The position numbers and the translations under genes were made by a program. The notes beneath the pieces are model-generated. The model made no database searches and was not told the origin of the DNA. It worked only from the letters and a program-made list of their open reading frames with translations. A DNA stretch of 64,000 nt. Source: a virus. Taxonomy: Duplodnaviria > Caudoviricetes. This document shows, one piece after another, positions 21,271 to 32,023 of the stretch. Within the stretch, counting starts at the first letter, position 1, and every line of letters starts with the position of its first letter. The DNA is taken from positions 1 through 64,000 of the IMG/VR virus record IMGVR_UViG_3300008448_000044; one strand, written 5' to 3'.

Positions 21271-21846
21271 ATGAACGCATATTTTTTCAAAATGAGTCAA
21301 GCAGAAAGAAATAATATTCTTGACCAACACAAATCAGTATATGATGGGTTTGTAACTCAATACGGCCAAAATTCTAACACACAACCTTTATATGTGCAAG
21401 ATTATGCAAATGATAAAGGAGGTATTACAGTTAATAACAAAGGAGGTGTAGGAGTTTATACAAACATGAATATTAATGAGTCTAATGGTTTTGCTGGTGC
21501 AAAATATCTTCCTGATGTATCTTTTGATTTTGGAGGACCTGATGAAGAAATGGAAGAATATGTTAGTATGGGTGAACAAAAGGATATGATTGGAGATGGT
21601 GAGAACGATTTAGAATACGGAACATTTGGTGATGAAGATATCTTACATGGAAAACAATTAATGAGAAAAGATTTCTTTGATGATGAAGATATTGAATCAG
21701 AATGGGACAACACTGACGATGAGTATGACTTTGATATTAAAGATGATGAAATGTTTGAAGAGTTTGATGAAGAAGAGGTCGAACCATTACAAGAACAATT
21801 AAATAAGACCCTTGATATGTTCAAAAGATTTAAAACATATCTTTAA
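21271..21846 (+). CDS. acidic hypothetical protein
   Basis: 191 aa, D/E-rich C-terminal half. Confidence 0.65.
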   Translation: MNAYFFKMSQAERNNILDQHKSVYDGFVTQYGQNSNTQPLYVQDYANDKGGITVNNKGGVGVYTNMNINESNGFAGAKYLPDVSFDFGGPDEEMEEYVSMGEQKDMIGDGENDLEYGTFGDEDILHGKQLMRKDFFDDEDIESEWDNTDDEYDFDIKDDEMFEEFDEEEVEPLQEQLNKTLDMFKRFKTYL

Positions 21847-21901
21847 CTTTTTAACAAAACTGTGATATTTCTAAAGTAATAAAACTACAAAAAATAGAAC
21901 A

Positions 21902-22213
21902 ATGGAAATTACAGAATTAGTTTCGTTTTATTTGAATGAGAATTCAAAAACTTTAGAAGTAACATTCAGAACAACATCGGACAGTGAAGATGAAATCAGA
22001 GAAAGTAAAATCAGCTTTGATGAAGTTGAGGAGTTTGGTTATGATTTTGTTGATTATGATAATGATTATAATTCATTTTTAGGTGAAGAGTATGATGAAG
22101 AAAACGACGATGAATATGATAGTGTTTACGTCGACGAACAAGAAATAGTATCTTTCTTAAATGAGTTTTATACTCTATACCCAAGTAAATTACCCCCTTC
22201 AGAAATTTTTTAA
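21902..22213 (+). CDS. acidic hypothetical protein
   Basis: 103-aa ORF. Confidence 0.6.
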   Translation: MEITELVSFYLNENSKTLEVTFRTTSDSEDEIRESKISFDEVEEFGYDFVDYDNDYNSFLGEEYDEENDDEYDSVYVDEQEIVSFLNEFYTLYPSKLPPSEIF

Positions 22214-22266
22214 TTTACAGTTATAGTTTAATTTCTATTTTTTAATAGGAATCCATATTTATTTAT

Positions 22267-22521
22267 ATGAGAGTTGACGTTGATTACATAATTTCCCTTT
22301 TAAAAGAATACACCCCAAAGAAAAATTCTGAGGAACTTGGAGAACAAGACGCCGCCGCTGGAGGTGGTGCCGCTTCAGGTGGAGGAAGTGGTAGTGGGGG
22401 GTATCCAACGGTAACAAAATGGGAGTCGGGAGTCACAAGAGGTCCTGCAAATCAAATCGGAGTTACCAAATGGAATGAAATTGTTAAAATTAACAGAGGT
22501 AAAGCAAATACTTTATTATAA
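22267..22521 (+). CDS. small Gly-rich protein
   Basis: Two KW..xRGxAN repeats after a Gly linker. Confidence 0.6.
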   Translation: MRVDVDYIISLLKEYTPKKNSEELGEQDAAAGGGAASGGGSGSGGYPTVTKWESGVTRGPANQIGVTKWNEIVKINRGKANTLL

Positions 22522-22571
22522 GTAAAGATATTTATATTTGATAATATTTATAAAATAAGAAAAATAGTCAT

Positions 22572-23657
22572 ATGAGCAATAATAATAGAAAAGAAGTTGA
22601 CGAACAAATTGAAAGAGCACTTCTGATGATGAAGTATAATACTTCAAAAACTCTTACCGAGAATAAAGAAACAATTAAACCTTTATTAAAAGAAGACTCC
22701 AAAGTCGCGGCAGCTACTATAGGTAGTGGAGCGGTAGGAGCGGGATTAGGGGCAGCGGCAATCCCAAGTTCTATGTCTATTGCGAGTGGAGGAGCGGGAG
22801 TTGTTGCGGGAACAACCAATTTAGCGGCAGGAGTCGCGACCGCATTAGGAACTTCATTCACAGTTGGGGCGGCGATTGTTGGTGGAGCTGCGGCAGTCGC
22901 AGTACTTCCATTGGCGTATTGGTTCATTAGAAAAGATACAGGAGCTGCTTCAAGTGTTAAAGCCATTTTTCAAATGTGTTCAACAAATCCAGGAATTGCA
23001 AAATTAGAAAGAAAAATTTCAGATTCTGAAATTAGAAATATTGCAGATGAAATATATGACGCAATCAACTACTCTACTTTAGGATTCATGGCGGGAACTG
23101 ATGAAGAAAAACTATACGCCGCATTCCAAAACATCTCTAAAGGTACTGCGGCAGACGTTTGTGCGTTATATGCAAGATATACTTCAACAAGAGGTGAGTT
23201 ATATGACGAAATTGACGGTGATATAGACAGTCCTGATGAGTGGGAACAAATATACAGACCATTAAGAAACTGTGTTGAAGATAGTTTAAGAGACTTAGAA
23301 GATAAAAATCCATGTAAACAAGGTGAGGTTTGGGACGATAAAACTAAATCATGTAAAAAATCTGACGGAGGTGGCGGAGGAGGAGGAACTAATCCTGAAG
23401 AGAAGTGTAAAGATTTCCCATTCAAGAGAGGTTGTAAAAATAGCTACATCAGAAAAGTACAAGAATGTTTAGGTGGTTTAACTGTTGATGGTGTTTTAGG
23501 CCCTAAAACTCAATCGGCTATCGAGAAAGCAGGATACTCAGTACCACTAAGTAAATCTGACTATGATAAAATTATGGCGAAATGTGGGGAAGGTAATGTA
23601 GAAACAACAACTACAACTATAAACCTACCTCCAACATACGTTGACACAGTAGGATAA
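22572..23657 (+). CDS. protein with glycine-zipper hydrophobic segment and C-terminal peptidoglycan-binding-like domain
   Basis: Long G/A-rich hydrophobic stretch, GTDEE motif, VQECLG..VDGVLGPKTQSAI. Confidence 0.65.
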   Translation: MSNNNRKEVDEQIERALLMMKYNTSKTLTENKETIKPLLKEDSKVAAATIGSGAVGAGLGAAAIPSSMSIASGGAGVVAGTTNLAAGVATALGTSFTVGAAIVGGAAAVAVLPLAYWFIRKDTGAASSVKAIFQMCSTNPGIAKLERKISDSEIRNIADEIYDAINYSTLGFMAGTDEEKLYAAFQNISKGTAADVCALYARYTSTRGELYDEIDGDIDSPDEWEQIYRPLRNCVEDSLRDLEDKNPCKQGEVWDDKTKSCKKSDGGGGGGGTNPEEKCKDFPFKRGCKNSYIRKVQECLGGLTVDGVLGPKTQSAIEKAGYSVPLSKSDYDKIMAKCGEGNVETTTTTINLPPTYVDTVG

Positions 23658-23678
23658 TAATTAAAAAAACATATACAA

Positions 23679-25418
23679 ATGAAAAAGCATTCAAGAATAA
23701 TATCAGAACAAACAAGTTTCCAAAATAAAACATGTGCGGGATTATACCCAACAGAACCTACATTAGCTCAAGCGTGTAATTACCCAACTTGTTATCCTGC
23801 AAATGCAGTACCTGCTAAAGTTGGGAACGATTTATACATATCATATCCTTCTAAAAAAATGCCAGGATACACCGCATATTTGGGTAGATTAGGTGACGGA
23901 GGAATGGGAAGCGGAACTGTTAAATTTAGTAATGATGGAGGTAAAACTTGGTTACAACAAAATAATCAAGAATATGTTGCTCAATGGCGTTGTTCACCTT
24001 TAATGAAAACTATTGGAGAAACAATGAATGCCGACCAAGCGACTTGGTTTCTATCTTTAAAAGCGTCTAATCCTAATGTGTTCAAACCATACTCAGAGTT
24101 ATTGGGTAAAGCGGAAGCAACAAGCGGGGCATATGAATTAGTTAAATTAAAAGATATTCCTGAACTACAAGGTAAACTACCTCAAGAAGCTCAAGTAGTT
24201 GATATTTTTGTTTGGAAATACAAAGGTCCTGTTCAGCAACAAGACGCTACAAGACCTCAGAAATTAATTGATGACTATTTTAAAAAACAATTAGGTTATG
24301 TTGACAAAAACGAAGTTCCTGCTGGTCAAGAGTCACTATACGTACCGTACAATTTAAAAAATCACCCTACATATGGAAAGAGTTTTACTCAAGATTATAT
24401 CATGTACTATGACCCAACAAAAATATCTGCAGAAGCCGTTAAAACAAATTTAGATGATGCGATTACTAAGGCAAAAGCGAGAAATACAAAATCTGATTGT
24501 AGAGCGGCAATTCAATTGTATTATGAGGCGTACAGATTGGCATCTACGGGAGCTTTATTTGCTACTCAAGAAGACATTGACCAAAAGAAAAATGTTGTTA
24601 GAGCTTGTAAACAACACAATTTCCCTTTCTTAAAAAAGAAATTGGATGAATTAGAAAATGCAAATCCTGCAAAATCTACAACAGGAGTTCAATTAGACTT
24701 CGCTTTAAGACAAAGTAAACAGTCTAATTTGATGAGAGAAAATAGGGATATTAGACTTAAAAGTCTTATCAGAGAAAGTCTTTTAGAAATAAAGGAAGAA
24801 AAAAAAAAGACTATTTCAGAAGAATCAAAAATAGTAAAAGGTAGAATTCAGTTTATAACTGAAGGTACTACATTTAAAACTAAGAAACAAAAAGATAATT
24901 TTTGTAATAATCTTTTGAGTGAAATGATTTATTTTAACTCACAAGGTTTTGACAAACAAGCGATTAATGAAGGATTCTTTGACATATTAAGTGGTCTTTT
25001 TGGTAATACAGGTGAATCTATTTTACAATACTTTAAAGAATACCTTGCAAAATGGTTAATTACTTCTTTAACTCCGTTAGACCCTAATGGATGGGTTGGA
25101 GGAACTATAGTTAAAGCAATTGGTAACTTACCTATTGGTGATATTCCTAAATTAACAGATTGTAATTTTACAACCAAACTTTTATCAAAATCGATTGCGG
25201 AAGAAGCCATCGACCAATTGAAACAAAAAGCAGGTCTTGAAGGAGCTTTCTATGACGTATTAAGAAACGCGGTGATTGAAAGTCTTGAAGATACGGATTT
25301 AGGTGGAAAAATTGAAAGTGCTTTAGGTAGTATATTATGTCCTATGTTATCCAAAGTGTCAGGAAAAATGTCGGACGCTGCTGATGATATGAAAAAAGGA
25401 GCGTTGGCTCTACCATGA
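23679..25418 (+). CDS. large hypothetical protein (probable virion-associated)
   Basis: 579 aa ORF; IISEQ / LIRESLLE motifs. Confidence 0.7.
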   Translation: MKKHSRIISEQTSFQNKTCAGLYPTEPTLAQACNYPTCYPANAVPAKVGNDLYISYPSKKMPGYTAYLGRLGDGGMGSGTVKFSNDGGKTWLQQNNQEYVAQWRCSPLMKTIGETMNADQATWFLSLKASNPNVFKPYSELLGKAEATSGAYELVKLKDIPELQGKLPQEAQVVDIFVWKYKGPVQQQDATRPQKLIDDYFKKQLGYVDKNEVPAGQESLYVPYNLKNHPTYGKSFTQDYIMYYDPTKISAEAVKTNLDDAITKAKARNTKSDCRAAIQLYYEAYRLASTGALFATQEDIDQKKNVVRACKQHNFPFLKKKLDELENANPAKSTTGVQLDFALRQSKQSNLMRENRDIRLKSLIRESLLEIKEEKKKTISEESKIVKGRIQFITEGTTFKTKKQKDNFCNNLLSEMIYFNSQGFDKQAINEGFFDILSGLFGNTGESILQYFKEYLAKWLITSLTPLDPNGWVGGTIVKAIGNLPIGDIPKLTDCNFTTKLLSKSIAEEAIDQLKQKAGLEGAFYDVLRNAVIESLEDTDLGGKIESALGSILCPMLSKVSGKMSDAADDMKKGALALP

Positions 25419-25512
25419 AACCAGTGAGGTAAAACTCACATGGGATAAACCAATTAATGAAAGGGGGTATTCCAAATCTAACAAAAAGGTGTCGAGAGAC
25501 ACCTTTTTGTTT

Positions 25513-26004
25513 TTAACTAAATGACTTTTTAAATTCGTTCCAAATTGGTTCGACATTTGCGTTAATGATTTCGGAAAATATTGAAGGTTCGTAAGGGTTA
25601 AAACGTAACTTCATATTTGCTTCTTCAGGTGTTCTATCACCTTTTTTTCTGTTACAAGTTCCACAACAAGTTACAAGATTTGTCCATGTATTTTGACCTC
25701 CTCTCGATTTTGGTTGTATATGGTCAACAGTTAAATTTTTTTTACTACCACAATAGACACATTCATGATTATCTCTTTTAAATAATCTATGTCTGTTTAT
25801 TTTTAGTTTATGAACTCTATGTCTTACATAGTTTAATAAACGTATAATTAGTGGTCTAATAAAAGTTTTCGCCCCTGCACAAAGTGGGGTATCCGAAGAC
25901 TTCAAAATCTCGGCTTTACCTTTAGTTACAAGATTAAAACCTCTAAAAACTGTTGTTACGTTTATAGGAGTATAATCTGCATTTAATACTAACACTTTTT
26001 CCAT
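25513..26004 (-). CDS. HNH endonuclease
   Basis: CVYCG, TVDHIQPKSRGG, WTNLVTCC..CNRKKG. Confidence 0.92.
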   Translation of the reverse strand: MEKVLVLNADYTPINVTTVFRGFNLVTKGKAEILKSSDTPLCAGAKTFIRPLIIRLLNYVRHRVHKLKINRHRLFKRDNHECVYCGSKKNLTVDHIQPKSRGGQNTWTNLVTCCGTCNRKKGDRTPEEANMKLRFNPYEPSIFSEIINANVEPIWNEFKKSFS

Positions 26005-26079
26005 TCTAAAATAAAATATCTTGTTTTAGACAAAGTATAATAAAAAATGATTAAAAAAAACAGATGAGAATGTATTTTT

Positions 26080-26754
26080 TTAAACCGTCCATTTTTTAGG
26101 ATGGGTCTTTTTTGGTTCTAAATACCTATTTGAATATATATTTGAGTCAACAGTGATGGGTTTTATAGGTACTTTTGTTTTCCAAGAAGAATAAACTTGA
26201 GATAATTGGTCTCTTGCACTGTTTTCACTTAATTCTTTCCACCAAGTTTCGTTAAATTTTTTGACTTGTGGGTTGTTTGTTCTAACTGTAAAACCACTAT
26301 CAAATAGACCAAAATTTTGAGGTAACCCTTCTAGTCGATATCTTTTCATTTGATTATCAACCAAATTTGGATAATCTAATTTTTGTCTTTTTACTTCTTC
26401 TGCCTCCGAGTAAACGCATTTTCTAACATCGTGTTTGAAACAAGAAATTAAATCGTGATTAATTTCTTTCAAAAATTGTTCTGAGTTTTTAAATTTTGGT
26501 CTATAACAATGGTCAACCCATATACTAACATCATGTTCAGGTAACACAATGTGTGGGTTCAATTTTACGTATCTGGCTTTTCTACGGTTATCTAAATTTT
26601 TAGGTAAAAAGTCTATATGACAAATTTCCCATATTTTTGATTTATAATATTTGTTATCGGTAAATAAGATATATCTGACGTTAGGGTCAACTGTTGAAGG
26701 TTCTCTAAATTCATCGTATCCCCCTGTGTTTACACTATATACTATTATTTTCAT
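26080..26754 (-). CDS. glycosyltransferase-like protein (DUF616/TOD1-MUCI70 type)
   Basis: TGGYD, FTDN, KLNPH, SIWVD, RDQLS motifs. Confidence 0.8.
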   Translation of the reverse strand: MKIIVYSVNTGGYDEFREPSTVDPNVRYILFTDNKYYKSKIWEICHIDFLPKNLDNRRKARYVKLNPHIVLPEHDVSIWVDHCYRPKFKNSEQFLKEINHDLISCFKHDVRKCVYSEAEEVKRQKLDYPNLVDNQMKRYRLEGLPQNFGLFDSGFTVRTNNPQVKKFNETWWKELSENSARDQLSQVYSSWKTKVPIKPITVDSNIYSNRYLEPKKTHPKKWTV

Positions 26755-27548
26755 TAAATTAAAGATTTACCGTATTTATTCGGACCTTTACCAACCCCTC
26801 TAGTTATTTTACCTACAAATTGGTCAAAGATACTACCAATATCAATTGAAACCCCACCACTTTTAGAAAAAGTTACCGCTAAATTCTTACCTACAAATCC
26901 ACCACCAATTAATAAAAGTTTACCTGACATGTTTTTATTCTTAAAATCACTTTCAATTTTTTTATAAATAGTTGGATAATACTCCTCTATTTTTTTTGAA
27001 TCTTCGTATTTGTACTCGCCTGGTATTTTGTAAGAGTTGAATTTTTTAATGTTAGGGTATTTTTTTTGTATACGAGATTCAACATCTCTTGATGTGACTA
27101 AATACACCTCATTAATTTCTTTTAAAATAGAATCTAATTTTTTTAATGTTACTAAGTCATAATGAACATTCATACTACAAAATTTCTTATTATTAGTTTT
27201 ATCTTTTTCATTCAAAATATTTGATAACATTTCCCTAGAAATTGACCAATATGGATTAGACCCTCTCTCAATTTTTTCTGTTGGGATTCCTAATATATCG
27301 CAATCATTAATTGCAGTTTTTAAATTTTGACTAATCTCTTTCATTTCCTGAATATTTGGAACTCTCCCTAAATGAGTGTTATAAAAATGTGCACAACCTT
27401 TATGGTTTGGGTCTGTTAGTAATACTGCAATTTCACCATCACCAATTCGTATAATAGAAAGAGGTTCTTTAGATTTTAGTTTTTTCATAACTAAATTAAA
27501 TACCTCTTCGGTGTCGGTATTAATTTTTATATTTTGTTTCGTATACAT
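26754..27548 (-). CDS. GT-D fold glycosyltransferase-like protein
   Basis: SIIRIGDGE and IDIGSIFD motifs. Confidence 0.75.
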   Translation of the reverse strand: MYTKQNIKINTDTEEVFNLVMKKLKSKEPLSIIRIGDGEIAVLLTDPNHKGCAHFYNTHLGRVPNIQEMKEISQNLKTAINDCDILGIPTEKIERGSNPYWSISREMLSNILNEKDKTNNKKFCSMNVHYDLVTLKKLDSILKEINEVYLVTSRDVESRIQKKYPNIKKFNSYKIPGEYKYEDSKKIEEYYPTIYKKIESDFKNKNMSGKLLLIGGGFVGKNLAVTFSKSGGVSIDIGSIFDQFVGKITRGVGKGPNKYGKSLI

Positions 27549-28143
27549 GTTTATCTTTAGTTAAAATATTAGTTAAATTTGTAGTATTTTTAACTGTTTT
27601 TGATAATTCAATATCAATTCGATTAAATGAGATAATTCCCTTATTCTTTATTAAATTGTGTAAAATTAAATCACCATACCAAATTTTAATCTCATTATCA
27701 ATTATTATATATTTTTCTTTTTTGATGTAAAAAAAACACCCAAACCCCTTTTCCATGGAGCCTATTTTATTTTTCACACTAACTTCAGAATTCTTATTAA
27801 GGTTTTTATAATCTAACCCAATTAAATCGTAGTCATGGTTTAGTATTTCACGTAAAACCCTATCAATATTTTCAATACATAGGTCGTCATTTGTAATAAT
27901 TATATTAGTGTTTTTACATAATTGGACTCCTAAATTCCAAGACGGGTTAACAAAAATATTGTTTTTATTTTTTACGTGGTTAACTTTTTTAAACTTTGAA
28001 ATGTTGCATGTTATTTTTTCAGGGTTATTATCAATTAAAATAATTTCATTAATTAATGATGAATTATCCAATTCTGTTAATAAACATGGTGTCTTGTTGC
28101 TTAACCACATTGTTGGTATAACTACTGAGAAGTTACTTGTCAT
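27520..28143 (-). CDS. glycosyltransferase family 2
   Basis: SVVIPT, IILIDN, VNPSWNLG, NDD, WYGD. Confidence 0.8.
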   Translation of the reverse strand: MTSNFSVVIPTMWLSNKTPCLLTELDNSSLINEIILIDNNPEKITCNISKFKKVNHVKNKNNIFVNPSWNLGVQLCKNTNIIITNDDLCIENIDRVLREILNHDYDLIGLDYKNLNKNSEVSVKNKIGSMEKGFGCFFYIKKEKYIIIDNEIKIWYGDLILHNLIKNKGIISFNRIDIELSKTVKNTTNLTNILTKDKHVYETKYKN

Positions 28144-28709
28144 ACTAAATGTTTTTTATTTGACATATCACCACCTCTGTACCAATGTTGGACATAAATA
28201 CCTTTCATTAAACCTACTTTACCACCAGCATTTCTTACCCTTCTGTGCATATCATTATCAATGGTCAGCATTTTTTCTTCTTTGAACCCACCAACTTTTT
28301 CCCAGATAGATTTTTTCATTAAAATTAAAACACCACTCAATTCACCATTTTTAGTAATATCCATTACTGAAGTTTTGTTAGTATTCCACAAATTTTCACC
28401 AATAGTTCTATGATATGATTGGTCATTATTATTCCAATTAACGTTAGGAGCAATTTGATATTTACACCCAACCCTATTTGTATAACAGGTAAACATAGAA
28501 TATGACGGGTTGTTTTGGATAACTTCTTCAATTCTTGACCCAAAAAAATGTGTCGTATGAACGGCATCCCCATCTAAAAAACACACCCAATCATTAGAAC
28601 CAATGATGGACATGATTTCATTATAAGATTTACCAATATTCTTATCCGAATTCCAAGGGATAAAATGGTAAATTTTAAATTTGGGTACTATGAATGTATT
28701 TTTAGACAT
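28140..28709 (-). CDS. glycosyltransferase family 2-like
   Basis: FLDGD (DxD), WEKVGGF, ID. Confidence 0.75.
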   Translation of the reverse strand: MSKNTFIVPKFKIYHFIPWNSDKNIGKSYNEIMSIIGSNDWVCFLDGDAVHTTHFFGSRIEEVIQNNPSYSMFTCYTNRVGCKYQIAPNVNWNNNDQSYHRTIGENLWNTNKTSVMDITKNGELSGVLILMKKSIWEKVGGFKEEKMLTIDNDMHRRVRNAGGKVGLMKGIYVQHWYRGGDMSNKKHLV

Positions 28710-28771
28710 TTTGTTTTATATTATCAAAAATAGTAGACATGTTCTATTTATAAATACATATAGTATAGTTT

Positions 28772-29860
28772 ATGAAATTAATAATAGTATCGACATTTTG
28801 GAACGCGGAAAAATACGTAAATAAATGTATTGAATCTTTGAAAAATCAGTATTATACAAACTTTACTGCGTATTTTGTTGATGATATGTCTACCGATAAT
28901 TCATATAATGTTGCAAAAAACGCGGTAGGTGATGACGATAGATTTGTTTTAATTAAAAATTCTGAAAAAAAATATAAGACAAAAAATTTCATAGACATTA
29001 TTAGAGAAAATCCCAAGATTGATTGGGATGATGTTATTATTGAAATAGATGGTGATGATAAATTAAAGGATAATCATGTATTAAGTCGAATAAATAAAGT
29101 TTTTTCTGATTATAACATTTGGTTATGTGGGACAAAATGGATTGATACAAATGGTAGACTTGGAAATTATGGAAAACCCACACCTGAAAAAGCAAGGGTA
29201 ACTTCATGGAATTTCTCACACATGAGGTCTTACAGAGCTTTTTTGTTTAGAGCAATAAAAGATGAACATTTAAAATTTGAAGGTGGTTATTTTAAAGCCG
29301 CTTGTGACTTAGGATTTGGTATCCCTATGTTAGAAATGGCGGGAAGTGAACATTTTCATTATATTGAAGAACCTCTTTATGTATACACATGGCACGACAG
29401 ACAATCTTATTCGGATAAAAATTCATTTGGTGATAAAACAGTTCAAGGAAGAACCGCAAAACACATTTATTCGTTACCAAAATATCAAAAATTAAATTTA
29501 GAATTCGAATTTAAAATAAATGAAGAACCTGAAGTAATTCCTGAAATTAAACCTAGTAATATTGAGGTTTTAAATAAACTTTTACATAAAAAAGACAGTA
29601 ATAAATTCAAAACTACTCCTGCTAAAGGAGTTGATTATGACAGATTAAATAAAATTTTGTACGCCCAAGGGGTGTATAATCCTAAAAACAATACACCTTC
29701 ACCAAGAGTCAATCAGAATAAACCCGAAGATAGAAACAAATTAATTGAAATTAAAAGAGACTCTAATCTCGACGCTCTGAGAAAAAACTTACCAGGAAAA
29801 CCTAATCGAAAAAAAGATATTCCAAACATCTTTAGTAAAAAAAATCAAAGAAGAGGATAA
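28772..29860 (+). CDS. glycosyltransferase family 2 with basic C-terminal extension
   Basis: WNAEKYVNKCIES, VDDMSTD, IDGDD. Confidence 0.85.
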   Translation: MKLIIVSTFWNAEKYVNKCIESLKNQYYTNFTAYFVDDMSTDNSYNVAKNAVGDDDRFVLIKNSEKKYKTKNFIDIIRENPKIDWDDVIIEIDGDDKLKDNHVLSRINKVFSDYNIWLCGTKWIDTNGRLGNYGKPTPEKARVTSWNFSHMRSYRAFLFRAIKDEHLKFEGGYFKAACDLGFGIPMLEMAGSEHFHYIEEPLYVYTWHDRQSYSDKNSFGDKTVQGRTAKHIYSLPKYQKLNLEFEFKINEEPEVIPEIKPSNIEVLNKLLHKKDSNKFKTTPAKGVDYDRLNKILYAQGVYNPKNNTPSPRVNQNKPEDRNKLIEIKRDSNLDALRKNLPGKPNRKKDIPNIFSKKNQRRG

Positions 29861-29912
29861 AAGTCTTTTGATTTATAAGACAAAAGTTTCTATATTTGTA
29901 AAAACGAATACT

Positions 29913-30092
29913 ATGTACGTGATTTTAAAATACATTCTTAATGAAAAATCAGGGAAAAAATTACCCGTTATATTACTCAATGGTAGTAGTGAAATTTGGG
30001 AATTTGAAACTCTTGAATCTGCCGAAAATATGAGGGATATTTTCCAAAAAAATTCTGACTCGGGATACAAGTACGAGGTCAAAAAAATATAA
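29913..30092 (+). CDS. hypothetical protein
   Basis: ORF downstream of TATATTTG promoter element. Confidence 0.5.
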   Translation: MYVILKYILNEKSGKKLPVILLNGSSEIWEFETLESAENMRDIFQKNSDSGYKYEVKKI

Positions 30093-30099
30093 TTAACTT

Positions 30100-30173
30100 G
30101 GTTCCGTAGCTCAGCTGGATAGAGCAACTGCCTTCTAAGCAGTAGGTCACAGGTTCGAATCCTGTCGGGACTA
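30100..30173 (+). tRNA. tRNA-Arg(TCT)
   Basis: Cloverleaf; anticodon arm ACTGC-CTTCTAA-GCAGT; GGTTCGAATCC T-loop. Confidence 0.95.
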
Positions 30174-30189
30174 CTTTTTAAAAAATATT

Positions 30190-30441
30190 ATGGGAAGTCA
30201 AGATAATATGTTAGAACAAGAACACAATGAATTTGTTAACAGTGACCTTTTTTGTCAAATGATAAAGGATAAAATTGAACATTCCCATTATCATAAGTAC
30301 GATGGTATTGCACCTGAAGGTTTTTTGTTAATACCTGAAATTACTCTTGAACGTCTTAAAGATTTTGATTTTTGGAAGGAATGGAAAAATAATCCTTCAG
30401 TTCTTATTGACTTTGCAAAAAAAGATTCTTATTTAATATAA
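30190..30441 (+). CDS. hypothetical protein
   Basis: 83-aa ORF. Confidence 0.5.
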   Translation: MGSQDNMLEQEHNEFVNSDLFCQMIKDKIEHSHYHKYDGIAPEGFLLIPEITLERLKDFDFWKEWKNNPSVLIDFAKKDSYLI

Positions 30442-30498
30442 CTTTTTTTTGTGAGATACAGATTTTTTTATATCTTTGTAATCTAAATCAATAACATT

Positions 30499-31164
30499 AT
30501 GAAAAAGTTAATCAACGTCGCAATTGTTCTCGGTCTTATAGTATACGCAGGCGAATACCTGAAAAAAAACAATACTGACCTTTACGAAGTTTTTGATGTA
30601 GAAAAGCCTGTGGCTATCTATCTACCTGAAACTCCTGTAACTGTTGAGGAAGATACTCATTCTCATGACACTTCTGAATCTCATGTTGAAGAAGATTACT
30701 CTACTAACCCTAGTGTAGGTCAAACAATCTACATCAGAGCTTTGGGTGATGTTGACAATAACGACCTACAGTCGGCTGCTGACATCGTAAGAGATTTCTA
30801 CGGATACAATGTAAAATTCTTACCTAAAGTTGAGGTTAATTCTTATATGTTAACTTCTAATGGTGACTTAAATTCTGTTAACACTTGTGCTTCTTTGTCT
30901 GATGATGATAAAACAATCTATATCACTGACAGAAAACTATATACTCCTACTGGTGATTTACTTCGAGGTGTTGCGTCAGGTAACGATAGAACCGTTATTG
31001 TTAGAGGTGAATCAAGTTTCTTGAGAGAAACTGTTATCCACGAACTTGGTCACACACTTGGTTTGGGTCACTGTGACGACCTGTCTTGTATCATGGCAAT
31101 CAACAATGACGCATATGATAGTGGTGATTTCTGTAATAGTTGTAAACGTAAAATTGGTTTTTAA
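30499..31164 (+). CDS. archaemetzincin-like (M54) zinc metalloprotease with N-terminal anchor
   Basis: HELGHTLGLGHC...CIM...FCNSC. Confidence 0.85.
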   Translation: MKKLINVAIVLGLIVYAGEYLKKNNTDLYEVFDVEKPVAIYLPETPVTVEEDTHSHDTSESHVEEDYSTNPSVGQTIYIRALGDVDNNDLQSAADIVRDFYGYNVKFLPKVEVNSYMLTSNGDLNSVNTCASLSDDDKTIYITDRKLYTPTGDLLRGVASGNDRTVIVRGESSFLRETVIHELGHTLGLGHCDDLSCIMAINNDAYDSGDFCNSCKRKIGF

Positions 31165-31167
31165 TAT

Positions 31168-31446
31168 ATGAAAACATTTAAAGAATTAAAATTTAAAACT
31201 CACCCTATGGGTCTTGGGGTACAGGCAGTTGAGACATTTGATAACCAATATGGGGTTTCTGTGGTCAGAACCCCATATTCATACGGGGGTCAAAAAGGAA
31301 GATACGAATTGGCGGTACTTGATTCTTCAGGAGCAATTACCTATGATACACCAATCACTAATGATGTGTTGGGTTACCTTACCGAAGATGAGGTTTCTCA
31401 CTATATGATTGAAGTTCAAAAATTATTAACTTATACATTATTTTAA
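31168..31446 (+). CDS. conserved phage hypothetical protein
   Basis: FDNQYGVSVV..SYGG..YELAV..DVLGYLT. Confidence 0.7.
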   Translation: MKTFKELKFKTHPMGLGVQAVETFDNQYGVSVVRTPYSYGGQKGRYELAVLDSSGAITYDTPITNDVLGYLTEDEVSHYMIEVQKLLTYTLF

Positions 31447-31450
31447 AACT

Positions 31451-31708
31451 ATGCCAGAATTTGAAAGTTATGTTGACGTGGATGTTGATGAATTCTTATC
31501 CGCATGTTCACCAAGAGAAATTGAAAATTTGATTGAATACCTTATTGAGGACGGACATCTTGATTCAAAAGGACTACCAAAGAAAAATGAACCAAAGAGT
31601 TTAATGGAAGAAGAGTGGGTCGAAATTACCGATAATCTAAGGGAAAAACGACTTAACATCTCTAACGAAGACGAAGAAACAATTAGAAAAATTTCAAAAA
31701 AATATTAA
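31451..31708 (+). CDS. hypothetical protein
   Basis: 85-aa ORF in operon. Confidence 0.6.
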   Translation: MPEFESYVDVDVDEFLSACSPREIENLIEYLIEDGHLDSKGLPKKNEPKSLMEEEWVEITDNLREKRLNISNEDEETIRKISKKY

Positions 31709-31712
31709 TAAC

Positions 31713-31919
31713 ATGAATAGTATATTTAAAGACCTAATGGAAGAAAATTTAATTTCTGAACCTGAAATTGTGGATTTGATTCAGGTTACACACAAGTTAA
31801 CAAAACTCAATATAATGAGTCAAGAAGATTTGGATAATCTTTGTTTAAAACTAGGAGTAACGCAAATAGGTGAAAATGTATTCCAAATAGATGAAAATAG
31901 TGAGTATACGTTTAACTAA
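31713..31919 (+). CDS. hypothetical protein
   Basis: 68-aa ORF in operon. Confidence 0.5.
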   Translation: MNSIFKDLMEENLISEPEIVDLIQVTHKLTKLNIMSQEDLDNLCLKLGVTQIGENVFQIDENSEYTFN

Positions 31920-31927
31920 CTCCTAAC

Positions 31928-32002
31928 GGTCCTATAGCTCAGTTGGTTAGTAGCACCTGACTCATAATCAGGGGGTCACAGGTTCGAGCCCTGTTGGGAC
32001 CA
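31928..32002 (+). tRNA. tRNA with CAT anticodon, probably Ile2 (lysidine type)
   Basis: CCTGA-CTCATAA-TCAGG arm; body resembles bacterial tRNA-Ile2. Confidence 0.85.
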
Positions 32003-32023
32003 CAAAAAAAATTAGTAAAAAGC

